From assembly GCA_963753345.1 (NCBI GenBank), contig CAVWBU010000019.1:32001-96000 (forward strand): a DNA stretch of 64,000 nucleotides, written 5' to 3'. This document shows positions 19,912 to 29,376 of this stretch, piece by piece (position 1 is the stretch's first letter; every line of letters starts with the position of its first letter). Under the pieces are notes generated by a model that saw nothing but the letters and a program-made list of their open reading frames with translations, did no database searches and had not been told where the DNA came from. This stretch comes from an uncultured Fibrobacterota bacterium. GTDB taxonomy: Bacteria; Fibrobacterota; Chitinivibrionia; Chitinivibrionales; FEN-1185. A program made the position numbers and the translations under genes.

Positions 19912-20540
19912 GGCTTGAGCTTCTTCATGAAGTTGAGGGTCTTTACCACCGAATCGTCGATCATTTTTGTCAACTGCGTCTGCTTGTTGTAGAGTGCGGT
20001 GTACGCCACCATGCAGGGCACCGCCACCATGAGGCCGAAGGCGGTGCAGTTCATGGCCTCGGCGATGCCGGCTGCGAGCATGGTCGCCTTCTTCGACGCC
20101 TCCACCGAGGCGAGCGACGAAAACGACGCCTGCAGGCCCGAGATGGTGCCGAGCAGTCCGAGCAGCGTGGCGATGTTCGCGAACAGGGAGAGATAGTTGA
20201 GCCGCTGGATGAGCTTCGGCATCTCGATGATGGCCGTCTCTTCAATGCCCTCCTCGATGTCGTGCACGCTCATGCCGGCGCTAAAGCGGTCCACCGCGGT
20301 GCGCAGCATGGCGATGAGCGGCGCGCCGCCCTTCGCAACGACCTTCTTCGCTTCTTCGGCATTGCCGCTGCGGAGCGCCGAGGCGATTCTGGAAACCAGA
20401 ACGGGCCCGCTTGCCCTGCAGACGATAAAGTAGAAGAAGACCCGTTCGAGCACCACCGCCGTCGAAATCGCAAGCACGGTCAAAATGACCCACATGAAGG
20501 GGCCGCCGGAATTGAAAAACGTAGCGACTGCATGAATCAT
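19908..20540 (-). CDS. exbB: MotA/TolQ/ExbB proton channel
   Basis: ATLLGLLGTISG and GIAEAMNCTAFGL. Confidence 0.92.
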   Translation of the reverse strand: MIHAVATFFNSGGPFMWVILTVLAISTAVVLERVFFYFIVCRASGPVLVSRIASALRSGNAEEAKKVVAKGGAPLIAMLRTAVDRFSAGMSVHDIEEGIEETAIIEMPKLIQRLNYLSLFANIATLLGLLGTISGLQASFSSLASVEASKKATMLAAGIAEAMNCTAFGLMVAVPCMVAYTALYNKQTQLTKMIDDSVVKTLNFMKKLKP

Positions 20541-20752
20541 GGAGTATTCGCTCCTTGTAAATGAAGGATTCTGGGTGTTTGTCCGGGAATTGAAAGCACG
20601 CGGACTCCGGCCGCGCGGACGCCATAGCGGAAAGGCCGCGACGAAGACCGACGTTGAAAATTACAACTGGCCGCCGTATCTGCGCCCTTATTTCCGCGAA
20701 TTGCACCGGCGGTCGGTGAAAAGCACGGCCGCAGCGTTGCGTTCTTTTCCCT

Positions 20753-22453
20753 CTAATGGTGGGCGCTGGTGTAAATCGCCAGAATCGTTGAAATGGTCAC
20801 CGCAATGGCCGACAGAATGGGAATGGCGACCAGGGTGAGGAACTTGTACTGTTGGGAATCGGGCACGACGATGACGTCCCCTTCCTCCAGGACGCCGGTT
20901 TCCTTCACCTGTCTCACGGAGCCGTAATAGGTGACGACGACCGAATTGGTCCTGTCGGCCTTTGAGGAATACCCGCCCGCCAACCTGATGTAGTGGTCTT
21001 TGGTGCAGCCCGCCTCGTAGGGATACGCGCCCGGCCGTCGCACGCTCCCGCTCACGTAAACGCTGTACTCCTTTTTCGGCACCACGATTTCGTCGTCGGG
21101 CTCGAGCATGATGCCGCTGTCGTTGTCGGAGAATCGAAGGACCGTAAAGTCGTTCGAGAAGCTCATATGGTTGAGCCCCGAGTTTATCTCCGGCCGTACC
21201 GAATTGTCCAGCACGCTTACACTCACCGCAGATTTTGCCGTGCTGTTGCCCTGCCGTTCGTCGGCGAACATTTTCTTGCGCCGTATCACGTAGGTCCTGT
21301 CCGGGTTGCCGAGCGCCGTGGCGCCGCCGGCCTGGCTCATCACGTCGGCGGCCTTGGTCACGTTCCTCACCAGGGGATACACGCCCGGTCGCACGATTTC
21401 CCCCCGCAGCGACACGGTTGCCACCTGCGGGTAGTTCTCCTTTTCCGCTACAATGACAAGGTCGCGGTCACGGAGGGTGAAGGACCCCGAATCACGTATC
21501 GAGACGATTTTCGTGTACGCTGTCCGGTCGGGATTGGTGCGCTGTATGATGATGTGGTCCGAGTCGGCCGACGCGTCGAGCGAAAACAGGGAAAGAAAAT
21601 CGGCAAGCCGTTCGTCTTGACGTATGGGAACCAGTCCGCTCACCTGCGCCCTGATAGATCCGGCAATCATCGCGCGGCGCCGGGCGAGCGAGAGCCTGAT
21701 GTTGTCGCCGGGATACAGGTAGGGGTTTTCCGACAGGTCGGCGGCAAGCAGGTATTTGAACAGGTCGAACACGCGCGACGAATCACGGTTCCGGCACTCT
21801 ATCTCGCGGTAGTTGTACTCATTGAGCGAGGGGACCACGCCGTTGTTCGCCGCCTTTATTGCGTCGAAGAGCCGGAACGTGCCGGAGAGCCTGTAGCTCC
21901 CGGGACTCGACACCGCGCCAGACACGCTTACCACCGCCATCTTGGTCTTTGCAAGAGAGACATACACGTCGAATTTCTTCTTCAGCCTGGAGGAGACGAA
22001 TTCGGCGATAATCTGCTTGGCCTGCACCAGACTGGTCTTCCCGATCTTTATGATGCCGAGCTCCGGGATGTACACGTCGCAATTTTCGTTTACGGTCCCC
22101 GTGTACTGGATGGAAGGCAATTCGACCACCGAGATCTGAAACACGTCCCCGCCGCCGATAATGTACGCTTCGGGGATGATGGAGTTGTCCGCAAGCTGGT
22201 CGGTTGAACGGATCAGCTCTTCGGTCTGTGCGCCGGGGAGCAGCTTCGAATAGGCCTTGAGGTCCGAGGGCGAAGGGTCCAGTGCGCTGGAAGGCGCCGC
22301 GAGGAGCACCGCGACGAAAGCGGCACCGAGAACGATCCGGCTTGACGACAGTGACGTATTCAGAGTGCCGAGCTCCTGGTGATCGGTGAAGCGCCCGACC
22401 TCGACCGGTCGGGCGCGGGGAAATCCCCGCTCAGCCGGCAGGGGCAACCCCAT
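20753..22453 (-). CDS. Polysaccharide export protein with SLBB repeats (Wza/KpsD-like); true start probably nearer 22360
   Basis: YIIGGGDVF Poly_export motif; repeated V-x-G-x-V-x-x-PG-x-Y SLBB units; C-terminal helix. Confidence 0.8.
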   Translation of the reverse strand: MGLPLPAERGFPRARPVEVGRFTDHQELGTLNTSLSSSRIVLGAAFVAVLLAAPSSALDPSPSDLKAYSKLLPGAQTEELIRSTDQLADNSIIPEAYIIGGGDVFQISVVELPSIQYTGTVNENCDVYIPELGIIKIGKTSLVQAKQIIAEFVSSRLKKKFDVYVSLAKTKMAVVSVSGAVSSPGSYRLSGTFRLFDAIKAANNGVVPSLNEYNYREIECRNRDSSRVFDLFKYLLAADLSENPYLYPGDNIRLSLARRRAMIAGSIRAQVSGLVPIRQDERLADFLSLFSLDASADSDHIIIQRTNPDRTAYTKIVSIRDSGSFTLRDRDLVIVAEKENYPQVATVSLRGEIVRPGVYPLVRNVTKAADVMSQAGGATALGNPDRTYVIRRKKMFADERQGNSTAKSAVSVSVLDNSVRPEINSGLNHMSFSNDFTVLRFSDNDSGIMLEPDDEIVVPKKEYSVYVSGSVRRPGAYPYEAGCTKDHYIRLAGGYSSKADRTNSVVVTYYGSVRQVKETGVLEEGDVIVVPDSQQYKFLTLVAIPILSAIAVTISTILAIYTSAHH

Positions 22454-22582
22454 TCTGTCAAACAGTGAAAATACTATCCAGACGCTCTGCGCGCATAAAA
22501 AATGGGGCGGAAAGCAAGCTCATAAACTAATTTATGAATGGAAAACCCCATGGCCTGCTTTGCAAAGACAAGTTTACGAGCG

Positions 22583-23371
22583 ATGAAACAGTTTATTGCA
22601 GAAATCGTGTCTCACGGTCCCGTGTCCGACTGCTTTTTCGAGCTTGTGTTCGCATGGGACACGGCAGCAGGCGTGCCCGGCCCGGGCCAGTTTTGCACCC
22701 TTCGGGTGTCGCCGTACACGGCGCCGCTGCTCCGGCGGCCGTTTGCCTTCTCGGCATTCGACCAACAGGCGAAAACGGCGTCGATCGTCTACAAGAAGCG
22801 GGGACCAGCCACCGAACTCCTTTCGGGCAGGCAGGCGGGAAGCACCATCGACGTGATCGGCCCGCTGGGCAACGGCTTTCTGGGCTTTGCCGCCGGCTGC
22901 CGCGGCCCTTTCCTTCTCGCGGCCGGCGGCACGGGCCTGGGCCCCATCGCGTTCCTCGCGAATCATTTCGCAAAAAGCAATAGTGCATGCACGGTCGTCC
23001 TCGGATGCAGGACGCGGTCCCAGCTTCCGCGCCTGTCCATGCCTTCATCGGTAAAGGTGATTACCTGCACCGACGACGGCACCGACGGCATCCGGGGCAC
23101 TCCGCTCACGTATCTTGAGGCTCTCACGCCATTGCAATGCCGCGGCCTCACCGTCTTTTCCTGCGGGCCTGCACCGCTCCTTGCGGGCTGTTACCGCTGG
23201 GCGCAGGGGCATGGGCTGGGCTGTTATGTGGCCATGGAACAGGTGATGGCCTGCGGCGTAGGCGCGTGCATGGGCTGCGCGGTGAGAGTGACGGACGGCG
23301 GTGCAAACGGCTTCGCGCGCGCCTGCACCGAAGGTCCTGTGTTCGACGCCGGGAGGATCGCGTGGACCTGA
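22583..23371 (+). CDS. pyrK: Dihydroorotate dehydrogenase electron transfer subunit
   Basis: PGQF, LRRPF, GPLGNGF, MACGVGACMGC..C 2Fe-2S motif. Confidence 0.92.
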   Translation: MKQFIAEIVSHGPVSDCFFELVFAWDTAAGVPGPGQFCTLRVSPYTAPLLRRPFAFSAFDQQAKTASIVYKKRGPATELLSGRQAGSTIDVIGPLGNGFLGFAAGCRGPFLLAAGGTGLGPIAFLANHFAKSNSACTVVLGCRTRSQLPRLSMPSSVKVITCTDDGTDGIRGTPLTYLEALTPLQCRGLTVFSCGPAPLLAGCYRWAQGHGLGCYVAMEQVMACGVGACMGCAVRVTDGGANGFARACTEGPVFDAGRIAWT

Positions 23372-24270
23372 GTGTCGCAATCGGCACCAAAAAACTCCCG
23401 AACCCCGTGGGTGTCGCCTCGGGCACGTTCGGCTACGGCGGCGAATACGAGAAGTTGGTCGATTTTTCGGCCATCGGTGCGCTGTACACCAAAGCGGTTA
23501 CAATTGCTCCGCGTCCCGGCAACGACATCCCGCGCATCATTGAAACGCCTTCGGGACTTCTCAATTCCATCGGGCTCGCCAACGTGGGTGTTGACCGGTT
23601 TATTTCAGAGAAGATGCCGTACCTGAGGGGCCTGCCGTGCGCGGTGATCGTCAATATTGCCGGCTCCGACGCGGACGAATACGCCGCAGTGCTCGAAAAA
23701 CTGGAAGGGTGCGCCGCAGGCATCTGGGGCTACGAGATCAACGTGTCGTGCCCCAATGTCAAGCACGGCGGCATGGCCTTCGGCACCGATCCCGCGCAGG
23801 TGGAGCGGCTCACCGCGGGCCTGCGCAGGCGCACCAGGAATCCGCTCATTGTAAAGCTCACGCCGAATGTCACCGACATCCGCAGCATCGCCAAGGCGGC
23901 GCAGGAAGGCGGCGCCGACGCGGTCTCGTGCATCAACACGCTGGTCGGGATGGTGGTCGACACCGCCGCAAAGAAGCCTGTGCTGCCCTCGACCGCGGGC
24001 GGACTTTCGGGTCCCGCAATCCGGCCCGTGGGCGTGGCCGCCACCTACGCGGTGAGCAGGGCGGTGAGTATCCCCGTCGTCGGCATGGGCGGCATTACAA
24101 ATGCGAACGACGCACTGCAATACCTTCTGGCCGGCGCATCCGCCATCCAGATCGGCACGGCCAACTTCGTTGATCCTTCAACGGCCTCGAACGTGCTTTC
24201 CGGTATTTGCGAATTCTGCGATAAGGAAAAGATTTCCCACATAGAAGATCTGCACCGGTTTATCCCCTGA
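23362..24270 (+). CDS. pyrD: Dihydroorotate dehydrogenase class 1B catalytic subunit
   Basis: GTG start with GGAGG RBS; ASGTFG, NSIGLAN, EINVSCPN, KLTPNV, GGLSG. Confidence 0.93.
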   Translation: MDLSVAIGTKKLPNPVGVASGTFGYGGEYEKLVDFSAIGALYTKAVTIAPRPGNDIPRIIETPSGLLNSIGLANVGVDRFISEKMPYLRGLPCAVIVNIAGSDADEYAAVLEKLEGCAAGIWGYEINVSCPNVKHGGMAFGTDPAQVERLTAGLRRRTRNPLIVKLTPNVTDIRSIAKAAQEGGADAVSCINTLVGMVVDTAAKKPVLPSTAGGLSGPAIRPVGVAATYAVSRAVSIPVVGMGGITNANDALQYLLAGASAIQIGTANFVDPSTASNVLSGICEFCDKEKISHIEDLHRFIP

Positions 24271-24386
24271 TTGTCCCTGCATTTATCGAGTGAACGTTTA
24301 AGCGATCCTGAACCATCAGCCATTCCGCGCCACACGTTCGCTTGCCGCCGCTACACATTATGCACGTGTTATGATACAATGATTGC

Positions 24387-24834
24387 ATGACGTACGCTCG
24401 GGCAACACCATTCTCCGGTAATAACCGCAGAACCTGGCTGTTTATTCATCTTATGCATTGTTGGTCTGATCGCCGCGGTTTTGATTTCAGGCTGCGCGTC
24501 GTCAATTCCGCGTCCGCGAAATCCGGCGCGCGGAACGGATTTCGGCCCGCATGAGGGAATGGCCAGCTTTTACGGGCGGGAATTCAACGGAAGAAAAACG
24601 GCGAGCGGCGAGCGCTTCGACAAAAACGCCCTCACGGCTGCGCACCGCACGCTTCCCTTCGGTACAATGCTGCGGGTGACCAATCTTGCCAACGGGAAAT
24701 CAACGGTCGTGCGCGTCAACGACCGCGGGCCTTTTAAGCGGCAACGAATCATCGACCTTTCGCCTGCGGCTGCAAGGGCAATAGGTCTTGACGTCGCGGG
24801 AACCACGAAGGTGAGGATCGAGGCAGTGAAGTAA
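24387..24834 (+). CDS. rlpA: RlpA lipoprotein (possible +1 frameshift in signal peptide near 24441)
   Basis: GMASFYG, TAAHRTLPFGT, VNDRGP, IIDLS; lipobox ISG|C. The 5' end is uncertain. Confidence 0.85.
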
Positions 24835-24835
24835 A

Positions 24836-24964
24836 AATGTAGATTGTAGAATTTAGAATGTAGATTGAAATACAAGAGAGGTTTCTAACCGGCGACAATG
24901 CGCAGCCGCAGCTGAATAAGTCTTTTTTTTTAAATTCTACATTCTACAATCTACATTCTACAAT
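24836..24964. repeat. Inverted pair of heptamer arrays (AWTGTAG)n...(CTACAWT)n
   Basis: Five units at 24836-24870 and five reverse-complement units at 24930-24964. Confidence 0.85.
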
Positions 24965-24981
24965 TAGGTATTTTTCCCGCC

Positions 24982-25962
24982 ATGAGAATCCTGCCACCCG
25001 CCCAGTATCTCCCCACGCTCAAGGGACTCGCTCACAATGTAATAAACCATGAGGCGGTGTTTCCCTTCTATGCCTCGTTCAAGCTCACCTCGCGCTGTCA
25101 TTTCGGCTGCCCGTTCTGCAACGTAAAGAACGACCGTGCGCCGGACCTCTCCACGGCCCAGGTGATGGCGGTTCTCGACAACCTTTCCCGCTCGTCCGTG
25201 CTCATGACGAGCTTCGAGGGCGGCGAGCCGCTCCTGAGGCAGGACATCGGCGAACTGCTGCAGTACGCGCGGAACCAATGCAGGTTTTACCTGCTGTTCA
25301 CCACGAGCGTGAAAAACGTTCTGGAGTACCCGCTTGAAGAATACGGGCGGAACATTGACTTTTTCCACATATCGATTGACGAAGGCCACAACAACCTCGA
25401 GCTGTTCGACGCCCTGCCCGCGCTGGTGCGCAGGGTGGAAAGCCAGGTATCGGTACAGGTGGTGGTGACGCGGCAGACCGTTGCCGCGCTTGAGGACAAG
25501 GTGAGGCGCGCACGCCTGGCGGGAGCAAACGTCGTTATCATCCCCGCCACCCATATGGACAACACCGACGACTGTTTCCCCGACATTGCCGCGCTCGAAA
25601 AGGTAGTGACCGGGCTCAGAAAAAAATATCCGTCCACGATCCACACGCCCGGCGGGTACTTCCGCGCTTTTCGCAAGGGCCGGTGCTCCTCGGCTTCCGT
25701 CATCATCGCGCCCGACGGCCGGCTGTACTATCCGTGCCACATTCTCGGGACCAAGGGCCCCGATCTCACCGTGGTGCAGCTTTCGAAATGGCTCGTGTCG
25801 TACGAGGCGAAAACCATGCGCGACACCATGCGGCGGTGCGAAAGGAACTGCGGATGGTACCAGTACTATTCGATTGATTCTTATACGTCAATAGGCTCGG
25901 TGTTTGAGGCGCTCGGGCCCATGCTGCGGCAGGGGAGACGGAACAGGGAGGTTGTGAAATAA
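24982..25962 (+). CDS. Radical SAM protein with SPASM/twitch-like C-terminus
   Basis: CHFGCPFC, GGEPLL, ISID, C..IAPDGRLYYPC..CERNC. Confidence 0.85.
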   Translation: MRILPPAQYLPTLKGLAHNVINHEAVFPFYASFKLTSRCHFGCPFCNVKNDRAPDLSTAQVMAVLDNLSRSSVLMTSFEGGEPLLRQDIGELLQYARNQCRFYLLFTTSVKNVLEYPLEEYGRNIDFFHISIDEGHNNLELFDALPALVRRVESQVSVQVVVTRQTVAALEDKVRRARLAGANVVIIPATHMDNTDDCFPDIAALEKVVTGLRKKYPSTIHTPGGYFRAFRKGRCSSASVIIAPDGRLYYPCHILGTKGPDLTVVQLSKWLVSYEAKTMRDTMRRCERNCGWYQYYSIDSYTSIGSVFEALGPMLRQGRRNREVVK

Positions 25963-25968
25963 AAGAGA

Positions 25969-26349
25969 TTAACGCCGGAGAATCTGCAGCACATTCTTCA
26001 GTTCCTGGGCCACTTCCTCGATCAGGGGACCGTTCGGCGAGGTCGCGTTGTTGGTGCCGGCCGGATGCGTCGTGAGGTCGAGTTGCATCTGGCCCGGCAT
26101 GTCGAATTCTTTGGTCTCTGCGAGCTTCTTCTTCGCGCCCGGGATGGTGTATTGCTCTTCGTAAAGCAGGTACTTGATGTACCTGACGATTTCGATGTCC
26201 TTGTCCCGGTAGGCGCGGTTACCCGCCCGGTTCTTCTTGGGCCTCAACTGCGCGAATTCGCTTTCCCAGTACCGCAGCACATGGGGTTCGAGCGCGGTTG
26301 CGGCGCACACCTCGCTGATGGAATAGTATGTTTTCCCTTTGTCAAGCAT
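25969..26349 (-). CDS. MerR-family HTH regulator
   Basis: YYSISEV..PHVLRYWESEF..KNRAGNRAY. Confidence 0.9.
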   Translation of the reverse strand: MLDKGKTYYSISEVCAATALEPHVLRYWESEFAQLRPKKNRAGNRAYRDKDIEIVRYIKYLLYEEQYTIPGAKKKLAETKEFDMPGQMQLDLTTHPAGTNNATSPNGPLIEEVAQELKNVLQILRR

Positions 26350-26494
26350 CAATGCGCCCCGTAATGGATTAGAAGGACGCCAGTTAGGACGTTTGTTTGA
26401 CGTTTATTCTTAAGACCAATTTATTATACAATATGACAAGAGACAGTGCACGTCTTTTTATCAAGAAGGCAGAATCAGGATAAAACGCGTCTAT

Positions 26495-26898
26495 GGGGGG
26501 AGGTCTACCCCGTCGGGTACTTCCAGGGGTCGTCCCTCTCGCTCCGGCCGCCTCAGTCGGCGTCCTCCGCTACCCCCTCCTGGGTGCACCCCAAGTGGAA
26601 GCAGTTGCAGAACCAGACACCTATGTGGGGGCACCCTTGGAGAGCAGTTGAAAAGTTGATGAGTCGAGAGTTTGAGAAGTTGACACGTTTACGTATGCGT
26701 CCTTTGGATACCGATTGGCGCGAGAAGAGATAATTGACTGATAAGATTTCTGTTGCCGCGCGCAAGGGCGGACTGAAGAGTGCGCTGGAGCGCATTGCCG
26801 CCTGATCCCTAGCCGAAGGCGGTTGGGACAGGCGGCAACGAGGCCGTTAGGCCGAGCTCGTAAGGAGGCCCGCCGCCGCAACGCGGCGGGGCGCCCAA
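26495..26898 (-). repeat. Composite repeat B + spacer + A (module D at the A end)
   Basis: Same order and homologous spacer as 53609-54014. Confidence 0.8.
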
Positions 26899-26940
26899 GT
26901 CTTTTCTATGAAACTGGAAGATGAAGATATAGAGTAACTA

Positions 26941-27957
26941 TCACCACCGCTCCGGCTTTGACTCCCGCAGCATCAGATCACGGAGCGCGTCTCTCACCGA
27001 TTTCCCCTCGAACAGCGTTTTGTAAACCTGGGTGGTGATGGGCATCTCTATGCCGTATTTCTGCGCGAGCGCATAGGCCGACCTCGCGGTTTCCACTCCC
27101 TCCGCAACCATAACGCTCTTTGCAAGAGCATCCTTGAGCGGCACGCCGGACGCGATGAGCTCGCCCAGGTTGCGGTTGCGCGAATGCCTGCTGATGCAGG
27201 TGGTGATAAGGTCGCCGATGCCGGTAAGGCCGAAAAAGGTCTGCTCCTGGGCGCCCATTTTTTCGCCCAGGCGCACGATTTCGGCCATGCCGCGGGTGAG
27301 TAGTGTGCCCTTGGTGTTGTCGCCGAGCCCGAGGCCGTCGCTGATGCCGGCCGCAAGCGCAATAACGTTCTTGACACTTGCGCCAAGCTCCACGCCCACC
27401 ACGTCGGTGTTGGTGTAAATGCGGAACGTATCGGTGGAGAATTCCTTCTGGATTTGCACGGCCAGGTCGAGGTTTTTCGACGCCGCGACCACGGTGGTGG
27501 GGATGCCGCGCGAAACTTCTGCGGCAAGCGACGGCCCCGAAAGCACCACGAGCCTCTTTTGCGACAGTCCAGGAATCTCGTCGGCAAGCACCTCGGTCAT
27601 GAGCTTGAGCGTGCCGCACTCGATCCCCTTTGCTGCAATCACCCAGCCCTGTACTTTGTCAATCGATTTCCGGTCGAGCGCGGCCACAAGGGTTTTGCAG
27701 GTGGGCCTCATGGTCTGCGACGGTACCACGCAGAGCACCAATTCGGCCGACGCCATGGCGTCGCGGATGTCGCTTGAAATAGCGACCTCGGGCGGGATCT
27801 TTATTCCCGGAAGTTTCTGCGGGTGCTCGCGCCGGCTCCTGAGCATGTCGGCGTCTTTCGGGTTGAACTCCCACATCCGCACGCCGTGCTTCTTTCCCGT
27901 CAGCATGACCGCAAGGGCGATGCCCCAGCTTCCTCCGCCGAGAATGGTGACGTTCAT
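26941..27957 (-). CDS. gpsA: NAD(P)H-dependent glycerol-3-phosphate dehydrogenase
   Basis: GGGSWG, SGPS, KNVIALAAG, GDLITTC, SRN. Confidence 0.95.
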   Translation of the reverse strand: MNVTILGGGSWGIALAVMLTGKKHGVRMWEFNPKDADMLRSRREHPQKLPGIKIPPEVAISSDIRDAMASAELVLCVVPSQTMRPTCKTLVAALDRKSIDKVQGWVIAAKGIECGTLKLMTEVLADEIPGLSQKRLVVLSGPSLAAEVSRGIPTTVVAASKNLDLAVQIQKEFSTDTFRIYTNTDVVGVELGASVKNVIALAAGISDGLGLGDNTKGTLLTRGMAEIVRLGEKMGAQEQTFFGLTGIGDLITTCISRHSRNRNLGELIASGVPLKDALAKSVMVAEGVETARSAYALAQKYGIEMPITTQVYKTLFEGKSVRDALRDLMLRESKPERW

Positions 27958-29351
27958 GGGACAGGCTCTCCTTTCGGTGACCGGGGTTCCAAGCCTTGTG
28001 CGGCTGCGTACGAGCGTTTACGGATGGGAACAAAATCGACCACCACAGGGCACCCGTCGAAATCAAAGGCCTCGTAGAGCTTGTTGACAAGGAATCTTTT
28101 GTACGACGCCACGGCGCTGCGCGGGTTGGTGGACACCACGTGAAACAGCGGGAACGGCGCATCAGCCTGGACGCACGAGACAATTTCGACATGCCTGTTC
28201 TCGCTTATCGGGTGCGGGTGGGCGGTGGTCCACTCCGCAACAAGGTCGCGGAGCTTTGCCGCGTCGACGCGCGTGTGCATGCGGCGCCGGATGTCCAGCG
28301 TCTTGTCGAGCACCGCCGTCACGCGCTGGCCCGTGATTGCCGAGGTCGACACCATGGGCGCGCGCGCAAGCTCCATGCTGCCCCTGCGGGTGCGCGCCAC
28401 AAGATGGTCGAAGGTCGTGTGGGTCTTGGCCACAAGATCCCATTTGTTCCAGCACACCAGAACGCCCTTGTGCAGGTCGCGGATTTTCCGCACGATGCGA
28501 AGGTCCTGCTCGTGAATGCCCTGCACCGCGTCAACGATGAGCGCTGCAACGTCGCAACGTCCTATGCTGTCGATGGCGCGCAGGTTGCAGTAGTACTCGA
28601 GGTCCTCTTTCACGTTCGCCTTCTTGCGCAGCCCGGCCGTGTCGATAAGGACCACGTCGTTGCCCTGGTAGGCGAGGCGCGAGTCTATGGAATCGCGGGT
28701 GGTGCCGGGGTCGGGACGGACGATCATGCGGCTCGCGCCGAGCAGCTTGTTGACAAGCGACGATTTTCCCGCGTTGGGCCTGCCGACCACGGCGATTTTG
28801 AGCGCGTCGCGGTCGTCAATGAAGGCGGACGATTTCGGTTCCTTGTTGCCGGTGCGCTTGAGCACGCTGCATACCGCGTCGAGCAGGTCGCCCACGCCGT
28901 AGCCGTGCAGCGCCGACACCGGATGGCCTTCGCCGAGCCCCAGTGCGACGAATGAGCCAAGATCGTACGGCGCGGCCTTGTGTTCCGATTTGTTAACAAC
29001 GAGAACGACGTTGTCCCTGCCTTGCTTGCGGAGGGAATGCGCCACGCGCCGGTCGATGTCGGTGATGCCGTCGCGCGCGTCCACGACGAACAGGATGACG
29101 CCGGCTTCTCCGCACGCGATGTTCACCTGCCGCTCCACGTCCGCCGCCATGCCGTCGCTTGACGAAGGGATAAGTCCGCCGGTGTCGGCGAGCGAGAAGG
29201 CGCACCCGTTCCACACCATGGGCCGGTAGTTCCTGTCGCGCGTGACGCCGGGCATGTCGTCCACCACGGCCACTTTCTTTCCGAGAATCCTGTTGAAAAG
29301 GCTGGATTTTCCCACGTTGGGCCTTCCAACGATGGATACGACGGGAAGCAC
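27954..29351 (-). CDS. der: Ribosome biogenesis GTPase Der/EngA
   Basis: GTG start with AAGGAG RBS; two GTPase domains (GRPNVGKS/DTGG/NKSE and GRPNAGKS/DTAG/NKWD). Confidence 0.95.
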   Translation of the reverse strand: MLPVVSIVGRPNVGKSSLFNRILGKKVAVVDDMPGVTRDRNYRPMVWNGCAFSLADTGGLIPSSSDGMAADVERQVNIACGEAGVILFVVDARDGITDIDRRVAHSLRKQGRDNVVLVVNKSEHKAAPYDLGSFVALGLGEGHPVSALHGYGVGDLLDAVCSVLKRTGNKEPKSSAFIDDRDALKIAVVGRPNAGKSSLVNKLLGASRMIVRPDPGTTRDSIDSRLAYQGNDVVLIDTAGLRKKANVKEDLEYYCNLRAIDSIGRCDVAALIVDAVQGIHEQDLRIVRKIRDLHKGVLVCWNKWDLVAKTHTTFDHLVARTRRGSMELARAPMVSTSAITGQRVTAVLDKTLDIRRRMHTRVDAAKLRDLVAEWTTAHPHPISENRHVEIVSCVQADAPFPLFHVVSTNPRSAVASYKRFLVNKLYEAFDFDGCPVVVDFVPIRKRSYAAAQGLEPRSPKGEPVP

Positions 29352-29376
29352 GGCGCGGCTCTCCTTTGTTTCGATG

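Noticed and set aside
20560-20750. Cobalamin riboswitch upstream of the exbB-receptor operon
   Set aside because: Only a loose CCGGTGCAATTC resemblance; no B12 box or GGGAA-linked core
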